64,000 nt of DNA from Acidobacteriota bacterium (GTDB lineage Bacteria > Acidobacteriota > UBA6911), in NCBI GenBank assembly GCA_963664705.1, contig OY761556.1, forward strand, positions 6,432,001 through 6,496,000, in the 5' to 3' direction. Positions 20,904 to 29,283 of this stretch are shown here, piece after piece. Below the pieces are notes generated by a model. That model was given only the letters and a program-made list of their open reading frames with translations, ran no database searches and was not told where the DNA came from. Numbering within the stretch: the first letter of the stretch is position 1; every line of letters begins with the position of its first letter. A program made the position numbers and the translations under genes.

Positions 20904-22429
20904 TGAAATCTTTGCGTTTGGGCATAGTCTTGATAACGGTTTTGTTTTGGGGAACCGGCTGTTCGAACAATCCATCCATCCCCAATAAACTGGTCATTGG
21001 TGTGGGCTCGACTCTTAATCTTGGAAACAATAATCCGGTGTTCATCCAGCGCAATTCCAATGTTTGGGAAACACTGGCGGAGTTGGATGATAATCTGACG
21101 GCTCAACCAAAACTGGCGCAATCATGGGAAGTCTCTTCGGATGGTATGCAATGGACCTTTCATCTGAAAAAGGGAGTGAGGTTTCATAACGGAGATCTGC
21201 TTAATAGCAATCTTGTGGCTGCAAACATACTTAGATTGAAAGAGCATCCTGAGCTTGATTACTACAATACATTCGCATCCCTTGTTTCGGCCACCCCTGA
21301 AGATGGATTGACGGTCAGTCTGGTTTTTTCGAAGCCCGTAGTCGATCTTCCCAACAGACTTGGCCACTATTTCGCGGGAATCTTCAGTCCCGCTGCATTT
21401 GGTCAGGACGGCAAGCTCACCCGCCCGATAGGTTCCGGCCCCTACGTTTTTGCTCAAAGCAGCATTGGGCAATTCGATCGAGTTACGGAATTTGCTCAAT
21501 ACCATGGAGGGAAGCCCAGCTTCAGCGAAATCGAATTCAGAATTATTAATGATCCTGCGGTTCGAGTCATGTCGCTGATTCGAGGAGATATCGATATGAT
21601 TGCCCATCTCGGAGGAGTGCCCTCGTCCTATGTGGCTATGCTCAAGGACAAAAAGGATATCGTGGTTGCGGCACAAGACGTCGCCATCACACATTATCTT
21701 TTATTCAACTGTGCCCGGTCTCCTTTTTCCAATCCGCTATGCCGGGATGCTTTCTCCCGGTCATTAAATCGGCAGGAATTGGCCAGGCTCATTCTTCAGG
21801 GATCCGGCAGCGCTGCCCATGACTTTCTGATTGAAAAAGCTTCTCGATGGGACCGGAAACGATTCTCTCTTATACCGGAATCCGGCGAACAGATAAGGAA
21901 ACAGCTGCTTGCATGCGGCAAGGGAGCTTCATTGAAGCTTCTCTTGAGCCAGAGCGATGCTTCTTCCTGGAGTTATCGCCACATCGCCGATTATTTATGC
22001 GATTACTTTGCCAAACTGGGCGTTTCCATTCGCGTCGAGATTTTGGAAAGCGGAGCATGGCAGAAAGCGACACAAGCCGGGGATTACGACATCACAATGT
22101 ATCCGTTATCGACACCGACAGGAATCCCTGATCTGCTGATCAGAAGATTGGCCTATTCCAAGGGGATGCAGGTGCGAAGTATCGGCAACACGACCCATTA
22201 TTCGTCCGCTCAGGTTGACAATCTGTTCCGGGCTGCCATCAATGCCCCCAACGCGTCCGTGCATGAAGAAACCTATAATTCTCTGCTCGACCTGCTGGCC
22301 AAGGAAAAGCCCTTTGTACCTCTGTATCACGAACGCTATTACTATGCGTATCGACATAGACTGACGGGGATTCATGTGGATCCTTTCCTGAAAATGGACT
22401 TGGGCAAGGTCCGGATTGTGCGAGAGTGA
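20903..22429 (+). CDS. nikA: Nickel/peptide ABC transporter substrate-binding lipoprotein (SBP family 5)
   Basis: Lipobox GTGC, PKLAQSW, LKKGVRFHNG, PIGSGPY; TAATG overlap with the upstream gene. Confidence 0.85.
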   Translation: MKSLRLGIVLITVLFWGTGCSNNPSIPNKLVIGVGSTLNLGNNNPVFIQRNSNVWETLAELDDNLTAQPKLAQSWEVSSDGMQWTFHLKKGVRFHNGDLLNSNLVAANILRLKEHPELDYYNTFASLVSATPEDGLTVSLVFSKPVVDLPNRLGHYFAGIFSPAAFGQDGKLTRPIGSGPYVFAQSSIGQFDRVTEFAQYHGGKPSFSEIEFRIINDPAVRVMSLIRGDIDMIAHLGGVPSSYVAMLKDKKDIVVAAQDVAITHYLLFNCARSPFSNPLCRDAFSRSLNRQELARLILQGSGSAAHDFLIEKASRWDRKRFSLIPESGEQIRKQLLACGKGASLKLLLSQSDASSWSYRHIADYLCDYFAKLGVSIRVEILESGAWQKATQAGDYDITMYPLSTPTGIPDLLIRRLAYSKGMQVRSIGNTTHYSSAQVDNLFRAAINAPNASVHEETYNSLLDLLAKEKPFVPLYHERYYYAYRHRLTGIHVDPFLKMDLGKVRIVRE

Positions 22430-23220
22430 CGATGAGTCTGGATATCCGCGATCTTTCTGTAATTTTCAAGACTCCGATGGGAGAGGTTCGTGCCATCGAT
22501 GGGCTCTCACTGAATATCAAAGACGGTGAGCGTGTGGCGCTTGTTGGAGAAAGCGGGTGCGGCAAAACAGTGTTGGCTTTGTCGCTTGTGGGTCTCTTGC
22601 CTCGAAATGCCCATGTTTCCGGCACGGCGGAATTTGGCGGCATGGATCTTATCCATACAGATGCGGCAATAGGCATTCGCGGACGAAGTATTTCTATTTG
22701 CTGGTCTAATGCTGAGCGCTTCTTCAATCCTGTTGTGCCTGTCGGGAAGCAGATTTGCGAAGCCTATGCGCAACATCATCCCCTGGAAGGAGCTCATGCG
22801 GAACAAAAGGCTGATAGTTTATTGATTGAAATGGGATTTGACGATCCAAGACATGTATGGAATGCCTATCCATTTCAACTTAGCGGCGGGATGAACCAGC
22901 GCGCGATGCTGGCAATGAGCGTGATCAACAATCCTGAGCTGCTCCTGGTCGATGAACCGACGCGAGGTCTTGATGATGATAGCCGAGAGAATATCGTTCA
23001 ATGTCTTCGCAAGATCCACGAAGGTTCAATGTTGATTATCACGCACGACATGAGATTGGTGATGGAATTGGCTCATCGCGTCTATTTCATGAAAGAAGGA
23101 AAAATATTGGCAGAAGGCGCATGCCCACAGGCTCTGACACATCCAGAACATCCATACGCCGAACTGCTGAGCCAATCAGATCTTTATCTTTCCGTCGCTC
23201 GAAAAGAGAGAAGCGTATGA
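22426..23220 (+). CDS. nikD: ABC ATPase
   Basis: GESGCGKT, YPFQLSGGMNQR, DEPT, ITHD. Confidence 0.85.
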   Translation: MTMSLDIRDLSVIFKTPMGEVRAIDGLSLNIKDGERVALVGESGCGKTVLALSLVGLLPRNAHVSGTAEFGGMDLIHTDAAIGIRGRSISICWSNAERFFNPVVPVGKQICEAYAQHHPLEGAHAEQKADSLLIEMGFDDPRHVWNAYPFQLSGGMNQRAMLAMSVINNPELLLVDEPTRGLDDDSRENIVQCLRKIHEGSMLIITHDMRLVMELAHRVYFMKEGKILAEGACPQALTHPEHPYAELLSQSDLYLSVARKERSV

Positions 23221-23897
23221 GCGAGCATAGCGCCCTGATTGAAGCCCGCAATCTGAGGGTTTTCTATCGCCAGGGTTCTATCTTCTCCAATCCGCGCTGG
23301 GTGGCCGGTCCGATTTCTTTTCATGTTCATGCGGGAGAGTTTGTCGGCCTCGCAGGTTCCAGTGGCTGCGGGAAAACTTCCATTGGCAAGGCTCTATTGA
23401 ATCTTATGCGTACCTGGGAAGGCGATGTCTATTGGAAGGGCTGCAATGTGCGGCGTGCTGCCCTAAGGGAATTACGGCCGCGTTTCGGCTGGATTTCTCA
23501 GGAGCCGATGCTGGCATTTAATCCGCGGCGGCGGATCATAGAGACATTGCGCGAGACCCTTTCGGTAAACCACATGATGGGAAATGCTCAGTATAAAATT
23601 GCCCAAATGTGCGAAATGATGAACCTTCAACAAGGCATGGCCTTGCGTTTCCCTTTTGAACTGAGCGCCGGACAGATACAACGATTTTCACTTATCCGAA
23701 CACTTATGCTGGATCCGGAATTCGTGCTTCTTGATGAACCCACTTCCTCTCTGGATCCCATTAACCAGGCGCAGATTCTTGACCTCATCGGGAATTGGCG
23801 AAGAAATCATGGATTGGCAGCCCTGATTATTGCGCATTCACACCGGATACTTGAAAAAATGTGCGATCGCCTTTTAAGTCTGGATGTGAACCCATGA
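23217..23897 (+). CDS. nikE: ABC ATPase
   Basis: GSSGCGKT, LSAGQIQR, LLDEPTSSLD; ATGA overlap at 23217. Confidence 0.82.
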   Translation: MSEHSALIEARNLRVFYRQGSIFSNPRWVAGPISFHVHAGEFVGLAGSSGCGKTSIGKALLNLMRTWEGDVYWKGCNVRRAALRELRPRFGWISQEPMLAFNPRRRIIETLRETLSVNHMMGNAQYKIAQMCEMMNLQQGMALRFPFELSAGQIQRFSLIRTLMLDPEFVLLDEPTSSLDPINQAQILDLIGNWRRNHGLAALIIAHSHRILEKMCDRLLSLDVNP

Positions 23898-24604
23898 ATC
23901 ATTCTGGCGATCATTCGAATCCGATTATTCAACAAAATCGCCAGGCATATAGCCGTATTGCTGCCGAATGGCTGAGGCGCCAGGATACGGATTTTGACCA
24001 CGATTTTCACGAGCGGTGCCGCAAGCTGTTTTTGAAACATCTGAAAGGCCGGCGAGTGCTGGATGCCGGATGTGGATTGGGATTGGATAGTTTGGCTTTT
24101 GCCTCATGTGGATTAGAGGTAACAGCAGGCGACATCGTTCCTGCGTATCTTGCGGGAATTCAATCGATGGCACATGAAGTCAGGCTCGTTGCTATGGATA
24201 TTGCGGCGCCGTGTTTCCGGCGTGAGAGTTTTGACGGAATCTATTTGTGTGCAAGCTTCCTGCATGTGCCGCGTGATCTGGGAGGTCCAACAATTTCAGC
24301 TTTTGCGAAGATATTAGCGCCAGGCGGCATACTTTTCATTGGACATGTAAGCTCTGACAAAGGGCTCAGTGGGTATCAGGTGGATGATCTGTTAATCAAG
24401 AACAACCCCGCGCTTTGCTTTTGTCATCCACCCCAAGAACTCGGGTTGATGCTCAATGCTGCGGGTCTTGAATTATTGGCTTTGGAGCAATATCGGCCGT
24501 CCAAATACCCTTCTCCCTGTGCGGTTCGGAACAGCCTGATTCCTTACCAGATTGTCTGCGGCAAAAGATTCATCATATCCGAGTCTGAAGAGAATTCGAT
24601 TTAG
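23894..24604 (+). CDS. Class I SAM-dependent methyltransferase
   Basis: VLDAGCGLG, FDGIY..ASFLHV, LAPGG; ATGA-coupled to the ABC operon. Confidence 0.85.
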   Translation: MNHSGDHSNPIIQQNRQAYSRIAAEWLRRQDTDFDHDFHERCRKLFLKHLKGRRVLDAGCGLGLDSLAFASCGLEVTAGDIVPAYLAGIQSMAHEVRLVAMDIAAPCFRRESFDGIYLCASFLHVPRDLGGPTISAFAKILAPGGILFIGHVSSDKGLSGYQVDDLLIKNNPALCFCHPPQELGLMLNAAGLELLALEQYRPSKYPSPCAVRNSLIPYQIVCGKRFIISESEENSI

Positions 24605-25008
24605 CCTCCAACATTGGTAATGACTGTCTTCCCGTGCTTTACTCCTTTTAGGCTTATCAGCTTGTCGGCGAATCTTTTCACGTCGATTCCATGCCCCTTT
24701 AGAATGATCACCTCAAGACAATGGTGATGATCCAAATGCACATGTGTTGTCGCCAGGACTTGTCCCTTGTAGTCATGTTGTGCACTGACGAGCTGTTCGG
24801 AAAGCTTGGGCTGATGGTGATCGTAAACCAACGTGATAGTCCCAACAACGACTTTGTTGGCAACAACATCCTCCTGAACGAAGTGATCCCTCACAAGGTC
24901 ACGGATTGCTTCCGATCGGCTGCCATAGCCCTTTTGAGCAACCACCTGGTCAAACTTCTCCAAGAGATCCTGTTCAAGAGAAATCCCCGTCCTTATCAAT
25001 GTTGACAT
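24601..25008 (-). CDS. nikR: Nickel-responsive regulator NikR
   Basis: RHH N-terminus (RTGISL, SRSEAIRDLVR), YDHH, HVHLDHHHCLEV. Confidence 0.95.
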   Translation of the reverse strand: MSTLIRTGISLEQDLLEKFDQVVAQKGYGSRSEAIRDLVRDHFVQEDVVANKVVVGTITLVYDHHQPKLSEQLVSAQHDYKGQVLATTHVHLDHHHCLEVIILKGHGIDVKRFADKLISLKGVKHGKTVITNVGG

Positions 25009-25132
25009 AAATGACTTTTCTCCAAGGAATTGTTACAGCCAATCCTCATTTTACATTATCGCTGTCCTGAAAGCATGAATGGTTCACAAGGGGATCATCC
25101 TTTTGCCTTGTGGATGCTACATTTATTTGATA

Positions 25133-25159
25133 GTAATACGAATATAACAAACGTAATAC
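25133..25159 (+). promoter_or_regulatory. Putative NikR operator with embedded -10-like hexamer, 20 bp before hldD
   Basis: GTAATAC-gaaTATAACaaac-GTAATAC; same spacer layout as the sites at 11760 and 16812. Confidence 0.6.
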
Positions 25160-25179
25160 GCACGTAAAAGAGCCCAATT

Positions 25180-26160
25180 ATGCAGAAACGGATTGTCGTG
25201 ACAGGTGGAGCGGGCTTTATCGGCAGCAATTTGGTTGCCGCCCTCAACGCACGAGGCATGGACAATATTCTCATTGTCGATCACCTGGCTGATTCCGAAA
25301 AATGGAAGAACCTGGTGGGATTGCGTTATGAGGATTATCTGGACAGAGAAAAGTTTTTGGCAGCCATTCAGCGGAACACTCTGCCTGCAATAGAGACGGC
25401 ATTCCATTTTGGAGCCTGCACATCGACCACTGAAACGAATGCCGACTATCTCATGCGCAATAATTTCGAATATTCGCGAAGCCTCTGTGAATGGGCGCTC
25501 AATAACGATGTGCGCTTTATTATCGCATCCAGCGCCGCCTCCTATGGTGATGGGCAAACGGGATACTCCGATGATGATTCGCACACTGCGAAGCTCTACC
25601 CGCTTAATATGTATGGATATTCGAAGCATCTCTTTGACCTCTGGGCTCTCCGGAATGGCCTGTATAACAAGTTCGCCGGACTCAAATTCTTCAATGTCTA
25701 TGGACCTGGCGAAGACCATAAGGGCGATATGAGTTCTGTTGTCCTGAAGGCCTTCCACCAGATTGTAAATTCCGGCGAGGTCAGTCTTTTCAAATCCCAC
25801 AATCCTGAATATAGCGATGGAGAGCAGCTGCGCGATTTCATCTATGTAAAAGATGCCGTGGCTGTCGCTCTCTTTCTCTTTGATCGGCGTGAGGTTTGTG
25901 GCTTGTTCAACTGCGGGACAGGTGCGGCACGAACATGGCTGGATCTGGTGCATGCAGTATTTCGCGCGATGGACAGAAAGCCGAAAATTCAGTTTGTTGA
26001 TATTCCAGACGGCATTCGGGCGAAATACCAATATTTCACAAAAGCAGAGATGACGAAACTTCGGTCGGCCGGCTTTCTGGAGCCCTTTATGTCGATTGAA
26101 GACGGTGTCCTGCACTATGTGCAGAACTATCTTCAGCGCACCGCAAGAAAGGCAGAATAA
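25180..26160 (+). CDS. hldD: ADP-L-glycero-D-manno-heptose 6-epimerase-like
   Basis: TGGAGFIGSN, PLNMYGYSK, FNVYGPGEDHKGDMSSV, KYQYFTKA. Confidence 0.88.
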   Translation: MQKRIVVTGGAGFIGSNLVAALNARGMDNILIVDHLADSEKWKNLVGLRYEDYLDREKFLAAIQRNTLPAIETAFHFGACTSTTETNADYLMRNNFEYSRSLCEWALNNDVRFIIASSAASYGDGQTGYSDDDSHTAKLYPLNMYGYSKHLFDLWALRNGLYNKFAGLKFFNVYGPGEDHKGDMSSVVLKAFHQIVNSGEVSLFKSHNPEYSDGEQLRDFIYVKDAVAVALFLFDRREVCGLFNCGTGAARTWLDLVHAVFRAMDRKPKIQFVDIPDGIRAKYQYFTKAEMTKLRSAGFLEPFMSIEDGVLHYVQNYLQRTARKAE

Positions 26161-27284
26161 TGGCTCAGAAATCGAGGCAGCGGAATGCTGTCGGGAATGC
26201 AGAATTGTGTTATCAGCCTTTGGATGCGGATCATTCCAAACTAAAAGATGAACTGCTCTCTGCTCCGGTCAAACCAGTGACGATTTCGCAGAATATGCGA
26301 GTCGGTGACTTAGTCAGAGCAATGGCCGACATGTCCATCCAGGCTCGGAACCTCGGTAACTGCGCTAATGTCTTGGAAAAGTTGTACGAGGATCCCAAGC
26401 GCCCGACCATTATGCTGGGCCTCGCCGGGCCGCTTATTGCAGCAGGATTACGCAACGTGATCCGGGATTTGATCGTTTGCGGCTATGTGGATGTCGTCGT
26501 TTCAACCGGCGCCATTTTGTATCAGGATATCTATCAGGCTCGCGGTTACAGGCATTATCAAGGTTCGCCTGTGGCAGACGACTGCATTCTGCGGGATCTC
26601 TATATTGACCGTATTTACGATACCTACGTGGATGAGGAAAAATTCTGGGAAACCGACAAATGGTGTGGCCAGGTGGCGGATGAACTGGGAGACGTCAGTG
26701 TCTCAAGCCGGCAATTCATGGATCATCTGGGAAGCAAGCTGACGGATGAGAACTCCATGGTTTATCAATGCTATAAGCACGGTATTCCAATCTACTGCCC
26801 GGCTCTTAATGACTCATCCATCGGGATCGGCTTAACACACCATCGTCATCGAGTCCGGAGCGAGCATCGAGCGGGCGTAACCATTGATTCGATACAAGAC
26901 AATTATGAGTTAACTCAGATTGTGGTGAAGAGTCCCGGAACTGCGGCAATCTATGTTGCCGGCGGGATTCCCAAAAACTTCATCAATGATTCCGTAGTCA
27001 TGAGCTACATCTTCGGCCTGAACCGGGGCCATGACTACGCAGTTCAGCTGACAACGGCCGTGGTCCATGATGGAGGGCTTTCTTCGAGCACATTGGGGGA
27101 AGCCCAATCATGGGGCAAGGTGGCAAAAGATGCCACGCATGCTATGGCGTGGATTGAGCCCAGCGTTTCACTTCCCTTGCTCACAGCGTTCTTGTTCTCC
27201 CGATTTAAAATTCCATCGAGGCCAAAGCTAACATACAAATGGCGGGATGGCGTTTTAAAGCAGCTGCGTGCAAGCTGCGGATAG
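26160..27284 (+). CDS. Deoxyhypusine synthase-like protein
   Basis: VSTGA, DRIYDTY, DSSIG, GGIPKNF, DGGLSSST..EAQSWGKV (catalytic Lys kept); TAATG overlap with hldD. Confidence 0.85.
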   Translation: MAQKSRQRNAVGNAELCYQPLDADHSKLKDELLSAPVKPVTISQNMRVGDLVRAMADMSIQARNLGNCANVLEKLYEDPKRPTIMLGLAGPLIAAGLRNVIRDLIVCGYVDVVVSTGAILYQDIYQARGYRHYQGSPVADDCILRDLYIDRIYDTYVDEEKFWETDKWCGQVADELGDVSVSSRQFMDHLGSKLTDENSMVYQCYKHGIPIYCPALNDSSIGIGLTHHRHRVRSEHRAGVTIDSIQDNYELTQIVVKSPGTAAIYVAGGIPKNFINDSVVMSYIFGLNRGHDYAVQLTTAVVHDGGLSSSTLGEAQSWGKVAKDATHAMAWIEPSVSLPLLTAFLFSRFKIPSRPKLTYKWRDGVLKQLRASCG

Positions 27285-27323
27285 CTCCCTTTCCTGCAGC
27301 TTGCACATCTGAAAATATTTCCG

Positions 27324-27465
27324 CTATCGCAAATAGTGATGTCTCCCGCTGCCGCCGAATTCACCGTAGCCGAGACAACAGTTCTTGAAATCTGCACCCT
27401 GAACCACACGGGCATCGATCATTGCACCCGAGTTTGTCGGCGAGATCCTTGTTGCAGTGAATAAA
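27324..27465 (-). pseudogene. Remnant of a small SEC-C motif protein gene
   Basis: Minus strand reads FIHCNKDLADKLGCNDRCPCGSGCRF, then after +1 at ttt-c KNCCLGYGEFGG...stop. Matches SEC-C (GRNDPCPCGSG..FKxCC). No start codon; in-frame stop upstream. Confidence 0.6.
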
Positions 27466-27468
27466 ACT

Positions 27469-27494
27469 AACCTAAAGTGATCGGGCTTTAGGTT
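27469..27494. repeat. Inverted repeat at the island boundary (terminator or recombination site)
   Basis: aacctaaag-tgatcggg-ctttaggtt, perfect 9-bp arms with 8-bp spacer. Confidence 0.5.
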
Positions 27495-27534
27495 TGATGT
27501 CGAATGCTACTAACAAAGTTCGCCGATGGGGCCG

Positions 27535-29283
27535 TCATGGAACCGTTTCTGTCGAATTAATCGAAGGTATAGCAGCGCGCTCGGAATCGGCCAGGGCAGC
27601 TTCTATAAGTTCACGAACTTCGCCGGCCTGACAGACAAGAATCAAACGGTGACGGGCTCGAGTCCATGCCACATAGAGATCTGTTGGAGTGAATAAGGCG
27701 CCAAATTCAGCAAGGCCATAAGCGATAATGACATCGGCTTCGAGGCCCTTGAAAGCCCGCGCGGTCGTAACGAGGACTCCAGCACCTAGCCGCCAGTCGA
27801 TTGCCTCGTCGACGATTGGTATTCCATTCACCTCATTGTGCTGTGCCAATGAGGACTTACCGTATGCTGCTGGACCAATGATCGCCAATTGCTGTGGTCG
27901 GATGCCTTGTTGAAGCAACTGACGAGTCTCGGCAAGCACGAGCCCTGCCTCAACAGCGGTTGACGCCGCGCGCCTAATCGCAGGTACTTCACCAGAAGGA
28001 GATCCGGGAAGCAGACGAATATCAATATGTGCAAGGGACGCCCCGCTTAGCGCTATAGCCTTAGTGTTTCGGCAGTTTGTTGTAAGTCGGAAACGTGTCG
28101 GGAGAGACACCGGGGGCGGCTTCACAATGCCACGCAGGCTTTGGTTTATGTCGAGAAAAGCGTAGAGGCGGGCAGCCTTCCCGACTCGTGATAGAGACTC
28201 GATGGTTATCCACCAATCAGGAGCAAAGTCCTGAGCCTCGTCCACAACAACGGCATCGAATAAATTGGCTTGTCCTCGCGCACGCAGGACTTCGATCGCC
28301 TGCTCCATAATTAGTGGAACTTCATCGTCCCAGAATGCCTGCTCTCCTGTGCTCGGCACATCAAAGCCGACACCTGCACGACGAGCAAGGCTATGGGCAT
28401 ATGAGTGAAACGTTGAAATTTCCAACAACCCGCATGCACGTTTGGCTCTCGGATCGAACCTAACTTGTTCTTGGAGCCACGCACATAGATGGCGGTTGTA
28501 GCAAAAGAACAAGACATGTTCACCGCGATCGGCGAGAGTGAGTGCAAATTCTATGGCGAGAAGCGTTTTGCCTGACCCAGCAGTGCCCTCGATGAGAACG
28601 CGCTCGTTTTCAATCAGCCCCAGCAATGTTTCGCGTTGGTCAAGCGTGATCTGGACGATCCGCTGATGCTCTGCGCTTACCTCCGCTCCGGTGCAGCGCA
28701 TTAGACGTAGTTTCGGCATTAGAGCATCGAGTAATTCAGAGAACTGATTTGGTGCTAGATGTGTCTTGTTGCGCGCCCAAGCTTTGAATGCCTCTTCGAT
28801 CCGAGTAGGGAACTTCGGGATGTCAGATGCATCAATGAGAATTCGAGGATCACTATTAAGGGGGAGTGTCCCTGTAAATCTGACATGCGGGAATACGACT
28901 ACATCGCCATGGGCGAAGAGTCCTCGATGAATCCGCCCGCGGGTTCGCTCCTCGATCGCCTCTAGAAGGGCGTATCGACTACGACGGGCTTGATCGAACG
29001 GGTCTCGCAGTTCCTTCCCTGCCCGTGACCACTTGCGCTCTATTAACACTGGCATTCCGCCTTTGACCTCAAGGATCAAAAGGCCCCGTTCAGGATGCAG
29101 AATGACGAAGTCGGCCTCACCCTCGCGAAGCGGCTCTCCCGCTAGATCACGCGTGGGGCGAAGCCAAGGAAACGAATGTAAGATAACAAATCCCGTCGGT
29201 AGATCGCGAAGCGCTTCATACACGATTCTCTCTGAGTCGTATATGATGTCCTCTGGTGATACGTCTGGTATTAGCCGAGCCAT
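27535..29283 (-). CDS. NERD nuclease + SF1 (UvrD-like) helicase
   Basis: GEADFVIL...LEVKGG (NERD), GTAGSGKT, VVDEAQD, TTNCRNT, FKGLEAD, YVAWTRAR; TGATG overlap with druE. Confidence 0.88.
   Translation of the reverse strand: MARLIPDVSPEDIIYDSERIVYEALRDLPTGFVILHSFPWLRPTRDLAGEPLREGEADFVILHPERGLLILEVKGGMPVLIERKWSRAGKELRDPFDQARRSRYALLEAIEERTRGRIHRGLFAHGDVVVFPHVRFTGTLPLNSDPRILIDASDIPKFPTRIEEAFKAWARNKTHLAPNQFSELLDALMPKLRLMRCTGAEVSAEHQRIVQITLDQRETLLGLIENERVLIEGTAGSGKTLLAIEFALTLADRGEHVLFFCYNRHLCAWLQEQVRFDPRAKRACGLLEISTFHSYAHSLARRAGVGFDVPSTGEQAFWDDEVPLIMEQAIEVLRARGQANLFDAVVVDEAQDFAPDWWITIESLSRVGKAARLYAFLDINQSLRGIVKPPPVSLPTRFRLTTNCRNTKAIALSGASLAHIDIRLLPGSPSGEVPAIRRAASTAVEAGLVLAETRQLLQQGIRPQQLAIIGPAAYGKSSLAQHNEVNGIPIVDEAIDWRLGAGVLVTTARAFKGLEADVIIAYGLAEFGALFTPTDLYVAWTRARHRLILVCQAGEVRELIEAALADSERAAIPSINSTETVP

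Noticed and set aside
25123-26115. 330-aa minus-strand ORF
   Set aside because: Antisense shadow of hldD.
27339-27464. 41-aa Cys-rich plus-strand peptide (RiPP or metal-binding candidate)
   Set aside because: No RBS; better explained as the antisense of the SEC-C remnant.
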